Source of the DNA: Pelagomonas calceolata
Taxonomy: Eukaryota
Direction of reading: 5' to 3'
Assembly: GCA_918797485.1 (NCBI GenBank)
Contig: CAKKNE010000001.1
Span: 5,456,001 to 5,520,000 of the forward strand
Length of the DNA stretch: 64,000 bases
The notes beneath the pieces were generated by a model. That model was not told where the DNA came from. It worked only from the letters and a program-made list of their open reading frames with translations, and ran no database searches. Positions 33,317-43,000 of the stretch are shown here, piece after piece; within the stretch, counting starts at the first letter, position 1, and the number at the start of each line of letters is the position of its first letter. The translations under genes and the position numbers were made by a program.

Positions 33317-36300
33317 ATGAAGGCGGAAATCTGGGCCGAGGTGGGAGACGCGGTGGCCGGCGGCGGCCCAACCCCCAAACTCGAGGCTGCTTTGGGCAAC
33401 ATCTTAGCTGGGAGGAGCAACCACTTCCCGCGGCCGCCTCCGCAAAAGCGCGCACCGAGCGACACTTCCTCGGACGCATCGTCGCTCCAAAGCAAGGAGA
33501 ACCGGTCGCCGCGCCGCCGCTTAAGACGCGATTTGTTACCGAGCGACTCTGATGTCTCGGAGCCGCCGACGCCCACAACAAAGCCGGCGAGCGACTTCTT
33601 CAGACGAGCCGCGCGGCGCGCCTACGCTCCCAAGGAGGACCCGCGTTTACAATTGAGGCGGGCCCTCGTCGACGCTCTACTCAAATGCGCGGACGCCACG
33701 GCGGCGGCACAACTCGTCCGAAACGACGGGCCCGCGGCGCTGAACTGCGAGCGGGCCGAGCTTTGGGTCGCGAAGGCCTCGACGAACGAGGAGCACTGGA
33801 GCTGCGACGACGACAAGGCCCTGGCCGAGGCGGCGGCTGTTTCTTGTGAAGCGCGGCAGGGCTCTTCGGATAGGCGCGCGTGGCCCGTGGCGATCGACCA
33901 GGAAGTTGTCGGAGTGTTGGAAATCAGAGGCGCGCCCTGGCCCTTCGATCCAACTGAAGGTGTTGAATTAGCCGAGGCGTGCGCCGCGCCGCTCCGGCGG
34001 TCCGCAGAGGCGGTCGCGCACGCGCGCGAGGTTGAGACATATGAGCGGCGCGTCGAGGAACTCCAGGACAAGGGCCGCGAGCGGAAGCAGCGCCTCGCGG
34101 ACGCGCTGCGGGCGGGCGAGCGCGAGCGCGAGCGGCGTGGTGAGGTCGAGGACGCGCTCCGCGCGGCGACCGCGGCGACGGACGCGCTCCGGGCGGATTT
34201 CCGACGATCATTGAGCTGTCAGAACGACGCCGCGGACTGGGCGGCCGCGCGCAAGGACGCCGCGGGCGCCCGGGCCGTCGCGGACGCGGCGCGGGCGGTT
34301 CTGAGGGCGAAAAGCGACGCGGCGGCGGTGTCGACGGCGTCGAGGGACGATCGCGAGGCGGCGCTGCGCGCCGCGACGCGCGCGATGCGGGCGGCGCAAG
34401 ATCGACAGGATGCCACGAAAGATGCTGCGCTCCGGACGACGCTGGCCGCGCTCGCGGCGGACGGCCGCGCCGCGTTGGAGGCCCGCGACGCCGCCGAGGA
34501 CGCGCGGGCCCGGGCCGAGCACGAGAAAACACGCGCCGAAGAGAAATATCAAAGGGCCGAAGAAATGTTAAGGAACGTCGAGCGCGACGCGGACGCGCGG
34601 ATTTCAGAAATGGAGCGCGCCTGCGAGGACCGCGTCCGGTCTGCGCGCGACGCGCAGCGGGCGCAGCACGCCGCGGGCGCCGCCGCCGCGCGGGAGGTCG
34701 TGGAATTGCGGCGGTTGCTCGACGAGGAGCGACTCATACGACGCGACGAGGCGGCGTGGCGCGCCGCGGGCGAGGAACGGTTGCGGCAGCGGCGCCTCGT
34801 CGCCGTGGCGACGGCCATGCGCCGGGCCCACGGCCGGTGGCGCCGCGAGCGGCTGCAGGAGGCCCTCGCGGTGTGGATCGAGGACATCACCATAACGGCG
34901 CGCGTCGCGGCAATTGCACAACGCGTCGCGCTCCGCGTCCACGGCGCGCCGCCGAACTGGTGGACGCCCGCCGTTGAGAATGCTGCGCGCCAGCTCGCCC
35001 GGCGCGTCGACGCCGCCGAGGCGGGGGCGGCCGCGTCGCGGGCCGCGGGCGCGCTCGCCGCGGAGGAGACGCGCCGGGAACGGAGCTGCGGCGGCGCCGT
35101 CGCTTTAGCTGCGCAAAAGGCCGCCGAGCGCGCGTCACGACTCTTCGCGGCCGCGGCGACGGGCGACGAGGCGGCACTTGTAAAGGCGGTCCGCGACGGC
35201 GCCGCGGCCATCGCGGCGAGCGACGCCGAGGTGACGTTGTTTGGAGGCGCCCAGTGCGGCACGGTTTCAAGAAGGGAGACGTCGCTCCAGATCCCCGCAG
35301 ATCATGGGCCGCTCGGCCTCGTGGCGACGGGTGTGTTGGATGCGGCGGGGCGCGCCGAGCTCGAGGCCTGGTGTTTACTGACGGGGCGCGCCCTCGAGCA
35401 GGCGCGCGCGCTGCAAGCGGCCGCAAAATCTCTGAGAGAGGCCTCGGCGAACGCGGCCCGGGCCGTGCGGGCGGCGGACGCCACGGCCCTCGAGGCCGTC
35501 GACGGCGCGCGACGCGCGGGGGGCGTGCTCGACGCCGTCGCCGCGGGCGGCGACGTCGAGGAGCTCGTGGCGGCGGCGCTCGACGACGGCGGCGCCGACG
35601 AGATCCGGGCGCGCGTCGTCGTCCCGACGGCGGGGTCCTGGGAGTTTGCGGTCTGCGATCGAACGCCCGTCGGCGGGGTCGAGGCGCACGGGAGCGCCTG
35701 GTGCGCCCCCGTGCGGAACGGCTGTCTGGTCGTGCACGCGGCGCGCCCGCGGCCGGAGCACTACGCGGCCCTCGTCGCCAAGTGCGCGGCGATCGCGTCC
35801 AGGACGCGGTCCAAGCCCGCGCCGCGCCGCGCGCGGCTCCGGACTTTGTTAAGGCGAGCGGCGACGTTAACGCAACGGCGCGCGTGGGCGCGGTGGCGGT
35901 CCCACGTGGACCTGTCCACGCGTGGCGAGCTCGCCGCGAGCGAGGCGCGGGGCGTGGAACTGGGCCTCGCCGCCGACGCGGCGCACCGCGCGTGCGGGGC
36001 GCTCGCGCGGGCCTGCGACCAGCGGCGCCTTGCCCACGCGTTCGCTTCCGTCGAGCACTGCGCGCGGCGGTGCGCCTCCGCGGCCGCGGTGGCGGCCGGC
36101 GCCGCCGCATGCGCTCGGTTGGGACAGAAGGCGCGCGCCTGGCGCTCTGTTGCGAAGGACGGGCGCGCGCGGACGAAGGAGGCGCTGGGCGACCTGGAAA
36201 TGCTCAAGACCCAGCTCGAGGAGGCGCGGGCCGCCGAGGCGCGGGCCGCTACTTTAGCCGTCCGCGCGCGGGAGCTGGAGGCGGACCGCCGGAAGTTGCG

Positions 36301-36787
36301 GGACGAGATCGCCACCAGAGACGCGGCGCAGCGTCTCGGGCGCCTCGAGCTGCGAGACGAGATTGCCACCAGAGACGCGGCGCACCGCGTTGGGCGCCTC
36401 GAGCGCGAGCGGCGACCCTCGGTCTCGCCGCTGAGCCCGGCGACGGCGCGGCGCCGATCGCCGTCCCCCCGAGGGTTTAGAAGCGTCGCGTTCGCCGAAG
36501 CAACGCCGCCGCCGCGGGCGAGCCTGACGCCGTCCGACGAGTCGCTCTCGAGCGCGGCCCAGGACCGGCGCGACGCCCTGGCGCTCCGCGCGGCTGAGCT
36601 CGAGGCCCGCCAGCGCGGCGTCCGCGACGCGCTCGCCACGCACCGGTCGCGGACGCCTACGCCGACGACCACGACGTCTTCTTCGTCGTCCGACTCGCTC
36701 GTCTCGCGGACGTTGCGGGTGCTGCGGGACCAGCTGTCTCCCGAGCGGCCTGATTCTTCTTCTTCTTCTCCGGTGGAGGAGGCATAA
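33317..36787 (+). CDS. Ala/Arg-rich coiled-coil hypothetical protein with a possible GAF-like segment
   Basis: Long ORF; LNCERAELWV...WPVAIDQEVVGVLEI is GAF-like; 54-bp tandem duplication at 36296-36403. Confidence 0.65.
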   Translation: MKAEIWAEVGDAVAGGGPTPKLEAALGNILAGRSNHFPRPPPQKRAPSDTSSDASSLQSKENRSPRRRLRRDLLPSDSDVSEPPTPTTKPASDFFRRAARRAYAPKEDPRLQLRRALVDALLKCADATAAAQLVRNDGPAALNCERAELWVAKASTNEEHWSCDDDKALAEAAAVSCEARQGSSDRRAWPVAIDQEVVGVLEIRGAPWPFDPTEGVELAEACAAPLRRSAEAVAHAREVETYERRVEELQDKGRERKQRLADALRAGERERERRGEVEDALRAATAATDALRADFRRSLSCQNDAADWAAARKDAAGARAVADAARAVLRAKSDAAAVSTASRDDREAALRAATRAMRAAQDRQDATKDAALRTTLAALAADGRAALEARDAAEDARARAEHEKTRAEEKYQRAEEMLRNVERDADARISEMERACEDRVRSARDAQRAQHAAGAAAAREVVELRRLLDEERLIRRDEAAWRAAGEERLRQRRLVAVATAMRRAHGRWRRERLQEALAVWIEDITITARVAAIAQRVALRVHGAPPNWWTPAVENAARQLARRVDAAEAGAAASRAAGALAAEETRRERSCGGAVALAAQKAAERASRLFAAAATGDEAALVKAVRDGAAAIAASDAEVTLFGGAQCGTVSRRETSLQIPADHGPLGLVATGVLDAAGRAELEAWCLLTGRALEQARALQAAAKSLREASANAARAVRAADATALEAVDGARRAGGVLDAVAAGGDVEELVAAALDDGGADEIRARVVVPTAGSWEFAVCDRTPVGGVEAHGSAWCAPVRNGCLVVHAARPRPEHYAALVAKCAAIASRTRSKPAPRRARLRTLLRRAATLTQRRAWARWRSHVDLSTRGELAASEARGVELGLAADAAHRACGALARACDQRRLAHAFASVEHCARRCASAAAVAAGAAACARLGQKARAWRSVAKDGRARTKEALGDLEMLKTQLEEARAAEARAATLAVRARELEADRRKLRDEIATRDAAQRLGRLELRDEIATRDAAHRVGRLERERRPSVSPLSPATARRRSPSPRGFRSVAFAEATPPPRASLTPSDESLSSAAQDRRDALALRAAELEARQRGVRDALATHRSRTPTPTTTTSSSSSDSLVSRTLRVLRDQLSPERPDSSSSSPVEEA

Positions 36788-36808
36788 GTTAGTAGTTTGT
36801 TGATTTTT

Positions 36809-36826
36809 CTAGTGTGTCACGCTAGC
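36809..36826 (-). promoter_or_regulatory. Bipartite CTAG-flanked upstream motif (GACACACTAG variant)
   Basis: GCTAGCGTGACACACTAG upstream of the bestrophin gene. Confidence 0.55.
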
Positions 36827-37051
36827 TCGATGGAAACTAAAAAGCAAAGAGCAGCCGTCCTCGGCCAGACCCAAATACGCGACTGCAATCGATCGAATTG
36901 AGTCTACATTTGTGGTGCGCGACCAGCATCATCATTGCCACCGCTGGTGCTGTCCTGGGCCCGTGACATTACACAGCACACGAGTACAGACCCAAAGAGC
37001 ACCAGCCACTGCCGGGCGCGACTTGGGACGCGCGCGCACAAACGCAGCAGC

Positions 37052-38977
37052 ATGCGCCTCCTCTTACTGATAACAACGCTGTCGGCGCGCGCCCTCCGCT
37101 TCTCCCCGCGAAAAATCGCGAAGCCCGCCGGCCGCCTCTCGGCCAAAGTCGCGCGAGCGCCGTGGAGGATAGCCACGCAACCGTGGAAGGTCCAGGACAA
37201 GTTCAACGCCTCGCCCAGTGCCGCGTCGGAGCTCTACAAGCCCAACGCGCCGGAAGACGACGAGCCGCTCACGCGGTCGCAATTCCGCGTGGCGCTCGAC
37301 CGCTTGGGCATCAAGACGAGCCCCAAGGATTTGCGGGACCTGTGGCGTATGTTGGATGCGGACAAGAACGAGGCCATCTCCCTCAAGGAGTTCACGCGCT
37401 TCGTGACCAAAGAAGGTGAAGAGGAAAAGGCGCCCAAGATTGCGGGCGAGCTGCGGGAGTCGCTGCGGACGCAGCCGGCCTGGATTCTCAAGAATTTGCA
37501 GGGGACGCGCGGGGCGGGCTCGTCGAAGATCGAGAGCATCGAGGAGATCGACGTTATTAGGCTTGAGTACGACGCGATGCGCGGCGTGAGGGCGGATTCC
37601 AAGATCGTCTACGACGGGTCGAGGTACGCGGCCACGTATGCTTCCCGAGACTGGCTGAAAATTCTAGCATCCATCCAAAAGTCCTTCGTTGCTCGGAGGA
37701 TCGCCTCGCCTCTTCGAATATTGTCTCTGTGGGCGCTCACCATCTCGATCCTGCATAGAGTCGTTGGTAGTGCGTCGTGGAGCGCGTATTGCGGGGCCTC
37801 GGCTCCATTAAAGGGCGTGGCGTCGGCCATGGGGTATGTGGGAAGTGCGCTCTCGCTACTCCTAGTGTTCCGAACAAATACGGCGTATACAAGGTACTGG
37901 GAAGGTAGGGGCGTCTGGAACCGTTTAGTTGTGGCTTCGAGGGACGCGGCGGAGTTCGCCGGCCTGTATCGGGCGGAACTGGGCGCGGACCGGGTCCGCA
38001 AGTTAGGTGACTTATTATGCGCCTTCCCGCTAGCTTTGCAGCTCCACCTCCAGGGCCAGCCGCTGCGGGCGGACCCGTCGGCGGATTTGAGGAGAGTATT
38101 TAGATCCATCCAGCGCCGCGGCGGCGTCGACCCCGACAAATCTTCGAGGGTTCCCCTGGACGCGTTCGTGGAAAGTTGCCGCTACGATGAAAGATTGGCG
38201 GCGCTATTTTCGCTGCCGTCGGACGCCGACACGCGCGTCGCCTTGAATCAATTGCACGCTTTGAAGTACGGTGTCACGCGGCAAAAGGATAGACCCGTCA
38301 CGGTCTACGAACTGGAAACGTACTACAACCCGCTCGCCCTGCGTCGATTGTTGCCGGCCAAGTCCGTGGCCGCTTTGGCAAGGGAACGGTGCCCGCCCCT
38401 AGGCATATGTCGGATGATCGCCCAGGAGGCTTATGAAGTGCCGTACGATAAAGATTTGAGGTGGACTAGTCGCGAGCGGCTGGAGCTCGTGAAGAAGATC
38501 AACGAATTGAGGCAGTGCGTCGGCGCCTCGGAACGAATTGCGCAAACGCCCGTACCGCTGCACTACGCTAGGCATGCCTCACGCTTCCTGTCGCTGTGGT
38601 GCTTCCTATTACCTTTAGCATTGGTGGACCAGCTGGGCCTCTTCACGGCGCCGGCGACGGCCTTTATTGTCTGGGGTTTGTTTGGGTTGCGGGAGATCGG
38701 GACGTTGATCGAGAACCCGTTTACACGATCATTACAACTCCAGATCGTGTCGGACACGCTCGCGCTGGACATCCAGAGTGCCGTCGACACCGCGGCATTG
38801 GACGCGGCGCGGAAGCGACCGCCTCCGAGAACGATACCATTTCCAGAGGCACCACCGCTGCCCGCGCCGCCGGTCACTGGTAATAATGGGCGGAGTGGTG
38901 ACGCTGGTCATGCTGTTGGCGAGGGCGGCGCGACGCCCGGCGACGCGCCGACATCAAGCAACCACGCGCTCGGCTAG
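37052..38977 (+). CDS. Bestrophin-family (plastid VCCN/BST-like) anion channel with EF-hand and bipartite leader
   Basis: LSLLLVFRTNTAYTRYWEGR, ERIAQTPVPLHYARHASRFL, EIGTLIENPF; EF-hand DADKNEAISLKE; leader MRLLLLITTLSARALRF. Confidence 0.9.
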   Translation: MRLLLLITTLSARALRFSPRKIAKPAGRLSAKVARAPWRIATQPWKVQDKFNASPSAASELYKPNAPEDDEPLTRSQFRVALDRLGIKTSPKDLRDLWRMLDADKNEAISLKEFTRFVTKEGEEEKAPKIAGELRESLRTQPAWILKNLQGTRGAGSSKIESIEEIDVIRLEYDAMRGVRADSKIVYDGSRYAATYASRDWLKILASIQKSFVARRIASPLRILSLWALTISILHRVVGSASWSAYCGASAPLKGVASAMGYVGSALSLLLVFRTNTAYTRYWEGRGVWNRLVVASRDAAEFAGLYRAELGADRVRKLGDLLCAFPLALQLHLQGQPLRADPSADLRRVFRSIQRRGGVDPDKSSRVPLDAFVESCRYDERLAALFSLPSDADTRVALNQLHALKYGVTRQKDRPVTVYELETYYNPLALRRLLPAKSVAALARERCPPLGICRMIAQEAYEVPYDKDLRWTSRERLELVKKINELRQCVGASERIAQTPVPLHYARHASRFLSLWCFLLPLALVDQLGLFTAPATAFIVWGLFGLREIGTLIENPFTRSLQLQIVSDTLALDIQSAVDTAALDAARKRPPPRTIPFPEAPPLPAPPVTGNNGRSGDAGHAVGEGGATPGDAPTSSNHALG

Positions 38978-39071
38978 GCCCCTTTTTAAACTTGAATTTG
39001 TACTACTACATATCCTTCGAGTATAGGCCACGACTCCTCCGCTCCGAGAAATCCAGGGTAAACCCGAACTA

Positions 39072-39158
39072 CCAGCCTGCTGCGCGACGACGGGCGACGG
39101 GTTGTATGAGGGTCTCGACTGGCTCAAGGAAAATTGTCCTTCGAAACCCGCGTCGTGA
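39072..39158 (+). pseudogene. ARF-family GTPase C-terminal relic
   Basis: Translates as ACCATTGDGLYEGLDWLKENCPSKPAS-stop; no upstream G1-G4 motifs. Confidence 0.75.
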
Positions 39159-39237
39159 GGGCCGAAGGCGCGTGTTTTAACTCCAGCCTGTGGGGGGCGT
39201 CAACCAAGGGGCGCCGATCGCGGCGTACGGGGTTCGC

Positions 39238-39266
39238 GCTAGCGGCCTGTACAGGTAAGACACTAG
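39238..39266 (+). promoter_or_regulatory. Bipartite CTAG-flanked upstream motif
   Basis: GCTAGCGGCCTGTACAGGTAAGACACTAG upstream of the gene at 39382. Confidence 0.6.
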
Positions 39267-39381
39267 GCATCCCTAGCAAGTAGATCAGATTCTGCTGATC
39301 GATGTGCAGCCCGCGCCTCGCACAGAGCCGAATGACTCGCGCTTCCACCCGCAGTTGCTGCCCCACGCCTAGGAATGGACG

Positions 39382-40956
39382 ATGACAGCAATGGTGCACC
39401 TAGGGATGATAGCAATGCTGACGCTGATCGTCCCAGGGTCTGCGCGGACTCTGAACGCCACCGAGGTCGAGGGCCTCGTCGTGCGTGAGTCGAACGCGTC
39501 GACGGCCTGCGGTCCCGGCCCGGCAGCCGACCGGGGCTGCTCGCGGGTGGCCGTGCTCCTCACCGCGGGCTTCCACGACGTCCGGTACGGCAGAGGGCAC
39601 AGGTTCGACGGACGACAGAATGTCGACCCGGGCCACCCTCTCCTGGCCGCCTGGCTCCGGACGACGAGTCTGTCGCTGCGTCGCCACATCATCGAACCGA
39701 ACCGCGCCGACGTTTTTATCTACAGCTGGAACCCGAGCCTGGCCGACGCCTTCGACAAGCTGTACGCCCCTGTGCGCGCAGCCTTCGCGCGGAACGAGCC
39801 CTTGATGCGCAAGATCAAGCGCGGCGCCTTGGCGGGCTGCCCGGTAGTAAATGCCGTTCTAAGGTGCAGCGAAAACGCCGTGTCCTGGGCCTACACGATC
39901 CGCGAGGCCGAGGTCCTGCTGAGCGGGCACGAGCGCGCGCGCGGCTTCGAGTATGACGCTGTCGTGTTTACACGCCCGGACGTGGTCCTCTTCGCGGACG
40001 TGGACGCGCGGGAACTCCGGGCACCACATGATGTTGTCATGCCGACGCCCAACCGGGGCGATCACTTCTTCATGATGCACCGCCGGACCGCCAGTGTGTT
40101 CGCGACCGCTTTCGACGTCGCGGCGACGGAGCCGGGCTGCGCGGTCGGCTGCCTCGACGCTGCGGGGCTGGAGGCGATCGGAAGGGGGGAGGAGCGGGAG
40201 CGCGAGATCGAGGTGCTGAGCCGCAAGGCCAAAGCGCCCCCGTTCGTCGGGGGCCGGCCGGTGATGCCGGCGCCGGCGCCGGCGTCGGGCGAGCGCTACG
40301 ACGCGAGCCGGCCGCCGCGCGTGCGGGCCTGGAAGTCCGCGCCTGCAGGCCCCGTGCGGCAGGCGCATCCGGACCATCAGCTCTGGAAGTCCGCGTTCCT
40401 CACGCTCCGCGCGAAGGCGACCCTGCGCCCGTCGAGGAACAACCAGCCGGAGCACGTCGCCCCCTACCGCACCTTCGGACTCGCGTGCGAGTTCCAGCCG
40501 CGCAACATGTTTCCAGCTCGGGGAAAAGCACACTGGACGGCTCGTGAAGTAGCCGCGGTGCGCGCGGAGCTCGATGCCATCGCCATCGACGACCGGCTCC
40601 TCGACCTCACGATCGACGCGCACCGCGCGGCCGAGCCCGGCCGCGCGTTTTGCCCCTGGCTCTGCTCCGTCTTTCCGAACCGCTCAAAGGTCAAGTGCCC
40701 CATGCGCCAGCCCTTTCTTTTAGTCGCCAGCTGCTGCCGCCACGGGCCGAATTATAAAGCACCGGCGCCGGCACCTCGAAAATCGAACACAGCCCAAGAG
40801 ACGGCCTTGGATCGAGCCCGTAAAAGGGCCGCCATGCAGCGCGCGGCCCGCAATGAAAAACCGGCCGCGGGGTCCTGGCTCGCGCAGCAGCAGCGCGCCG
40901 AGGCCGTCAGACGGCGGCGGGCGAAGAATAAGCGGGGGCCGTCGCAGGGCGAGTAA
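39382..40956 (+). CDS. Secreted/Golgi hypothetical protein, possibly glycosyltransferase-like
   Basis: Signal peptide; ADVFIYSW; FEYDAVVFTRPDVVL. Confidence 0.6.
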   Translation: MTAMVHLGMIAMLTLIVPGSARTLNATEVEGLVVRESNASTACGPGPAADRGCSRVAVLLTAGFHDVRYGRGHRFDGRQNVDPGHPLLAAWLRTTSLSLRRHIIEPNRADVFIYSWNPSLADAFDKLYAPVRAAFARNEPLMRKIKRGALAGCPVVNAVLRCSENAVSWAYTIREAEVLLSGHERARGFEYDAVVFTRPDVVLFADVDARELRAPHDVVMPTPNRGDHFFMMHRRTASVFATAFDVAATEPGCAVGCLDAAGLEAIGRGEEREREIEVLSRKAKAPPFVGGRPVMPAPAPASGERYDASRPPRVRAWKSAPAGPVRQAHPDHQLWKSAFLTLRAKATLRPSRNNQPEHVAPYRTFGLACEFQPRNMFPARGKAHWTAREVAAVRAELDAIAIDDRLLDLTIDAHRAAEPGRAFCPWLCSVFPNRSKVKCPMRQPFLLVASCCRHGPNYKAPAPAPRKSNTAQETALDRARKRAAMQRAARNEKPAAGSWLAQQQRAEAVRRRRAKNKRGPSQGE

Positions 40957-41254
40957 GTTTTAGCGGTGTGGTTTTATTTCTGTGCTATCATTACGCCATC
41001 GACGCGTCCCCCATGAGCCACAACCAAGGAACATACCCTCGCTGCCCCCGGAAGTCCCGCCGAGCCAATCGCAGCCCGGCGTCGCGAGGCCGCGGCACGC
41101 CGGGCCGAGTGGCTGCGAACCCTGCCTACCAGTAGCAAGCAGAGGGCCCTCGCGGCGTCGCCTCGGCGGAGTGCCTCTATTACATAAAGTTAACTTAGCC
41201 CCCGGCCTTGAGCCGATCCCCTGGGTGGGGGGAGGTCTTCGACGGGATACGTTA

Positions 41255-42682
41255 CTAGCTCTTACTCAGGACGTAGAGCGTCCCCGGGACGTCGTTCCCG
41301 TTCTCGACGCGCGGGACGATGTCCTCCGCGGACACGACCGAAAAGCCCGCGTTTGAAGCCGTCGCCCGGACGTAGTCGACGGCGTGCGCGTAGCGGCCCG
41401 AAGCTCCCAAAACCCACGTGTCGCCCGGCGCGCGCTCGCACGAGAAGACGCAGTCGCCGCCCGGCGCGAGCGCGCCGTGCCACCTTTCTAGGATCGCCGC
41501 GAGGTCCCCGAAATAACATAGCACGTCCGCCGCCGCGACGAGGTCGAACGCCTCATCATACAACGCCGCGTCCAGGAGGTCGCCTACTAGTAAAGAGTCG
41601 TAGCAGCCGAGCTCCCGGGCCTTGTCGACCATGTTCTGGCTGAGGTCCGCGCCGACGAGCCGCCCCACACTATCGCGGAGCGGCGGGCCCAGCAGCCCCG
41701 TGCCGCAGCCCGCGTCGAAGGCCGCCGCGTACGGCCCACGCTCCGCGCATTTCGCCGCGATGAGCTCGGGCGCCTTGTACTGGAGCACGTTCTGGAGCTG
41801 ATCATCAAAAGTCGGCGCGAAGTCGTCGAAGAGCGCGCGCACGAAGGCCGGCGAGGCCCGGTCCGGCGCGGCGGCGCCCTCGCGCGTCGCCAGCGCGTCG
41901 AGGGCGTGCTGCGCGAGCGGGAAGTCGCCTCCCTTTAATTCGAGGGCGGCCCGCAGCGCGTTCGCCGCCGTCTCGGCGACGGCCGCGTCGGCGTCGGCCT
42001 GGGAGCCGTCGTACAGGTTCACGTTTTCGTCGCGCGCCGTCAGCAGCACCTCGCCGTCGCCGTAGGCCTCGAAGCGCTGGGCGCTATTCAGGTCGGCGAG
42101 GCAGGCCCCGAGGCCGTAGTAGACCTCGCCGAGCGACCGGCGGATGCCTTCCACCAACTCGGCCGGCGTGCCCGGGTCCCGCTCGACGGCCTCGGCCCGC
42201 GTGATGCCCCGCTGGAAGCACTTGATCGCGTCGAGCTTCGGGGCGCCCGCGTCGGCGAGCGCGCTCCCCAGGTTCGCCCAGGCGTCCCACCGCGTCGCGT
42301 CCGCCCGCACCACGTCCCGCAGCAAGAGCGAGGCCTCGCGCGTGCTCTCGTAGCCGCCCCGCGCCTGCAGCACGCCCGCGAGGTTCTGCGCCGCGTCGAG
42401 ATGGAACGCCTCCGCCAGCGCCTCGCGGTAGAGATGCTCCGCCGCGCCCTCGTCGCCGCTGTCGAGGCACACGCTCGCGAGGTTGACGCGGCAGTCGACG
42501 GAGCCCGCCGCGGCGCCGGCCTCGTAGGCTTTTTTGGCGCCTGCTAGGTCCCCGGCCATGTAGCATTTGTTGCCCTCTGTAAGAGCGTCTTGCAGGCGGC
42601 TTGGTCGTCGTACGCTTGTTGGCGGTGCGTAGAGTGCAGTAGTTGCAGGCAAGAGCAGCAATGCTAGCAGTGCTGCGGCCAT
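41255..42682 (-). CDS. TPR-repeat SAM-dependent methyltransferase with N-terminal leader
   Basis: TPR-like helices; FVRALFDDFAPTFD..L.Y..PE; DAGCGTGLLG; GADLS; FDLVAAADVLCYFGDL; GRYAH. Confidence 0.88.
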   Translation of the reverse strand: MAAALLALLLLPATTALYAPPTSVRRPSRLQDALTEGNKCYMAGDLAGAKKAYEAGAAAGSVDCRVNLASVCLDSGDEGAAEHLYREALAEAFHLDAAQNLAGVLQARGGYESTREASLLLRDVVRADATRWDAWANLGSALADAGAPKLDAIKCFQRGITRAEAVERDPGTPAELVEGIRRSLGEVYYGLGACLADLNSAQRFEAYGDGEVLLTARDENVNLYDGSQADADAAVAETAANALRAALELKGGDFPLAQHALDALATREGAAAPDRASPAFVRALFDDFAPTFDDQLQNVLQYKAPELIAAKCAERGPYAAAFDAGCGTGLLGPPLRDSVGRLVGADLSQNMVDKARELGCYDSLLVGDLLDAALYDEAFDLVAAADVLCYFGDLAAILERWHGALAPGGDCVFSCERAPGDTWVLGASGRYAHAVDYVRATASNAGFSVVSAEDIVPRVENGNDVPGTLYVLSKS

Positions 42683-42733
42683 CGCTGCAATCGATGCGCT
42701 GCTGCAAGCTGAACTTGGGCCGCTTTGCAGGTT

Positions 42734-42755
42734 GCTAGCGGCTGAGACACACTAG
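42734..42755 (+). promoter_or_regulatory. Bipartite CTAG-flanked upstream motif (GACACACTAG variant)
   Basis: GCTAGCGGCTGAGACACACTAG between divergent genes. Confidence 0.55.
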
Positions 42756-43000
42756 AGTGCAGCAACGACGGTTGGGGAGTAGTGATTAAGTCCCAAAGAA
42801 GACTACTAGATTACGTCGAACGCTTTTATGGGAACGGCTTTCTCACCTGGCGTTAGACGCGCGCAGCGCGCATCGTTCAGATCATTTGGTGCGCGCCCGG
42901 AACAGTGGACCACGCCCGGGCAGCCCTTACGAGCGAGACAGCGCCGCAAAAGAACGCCGCCACCGTCCGGCAGCCCTTCGACGTGCGTGGACGCGCAGCC

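Noticed and set aside
34887..36480. 400-aa Arg/Pro/Gly-rich alternative-frame ORFs, and many similar ones across the window
   Set aside because: Expected shadow ORFs in very GC-rich coding DNA; no domain motifs.
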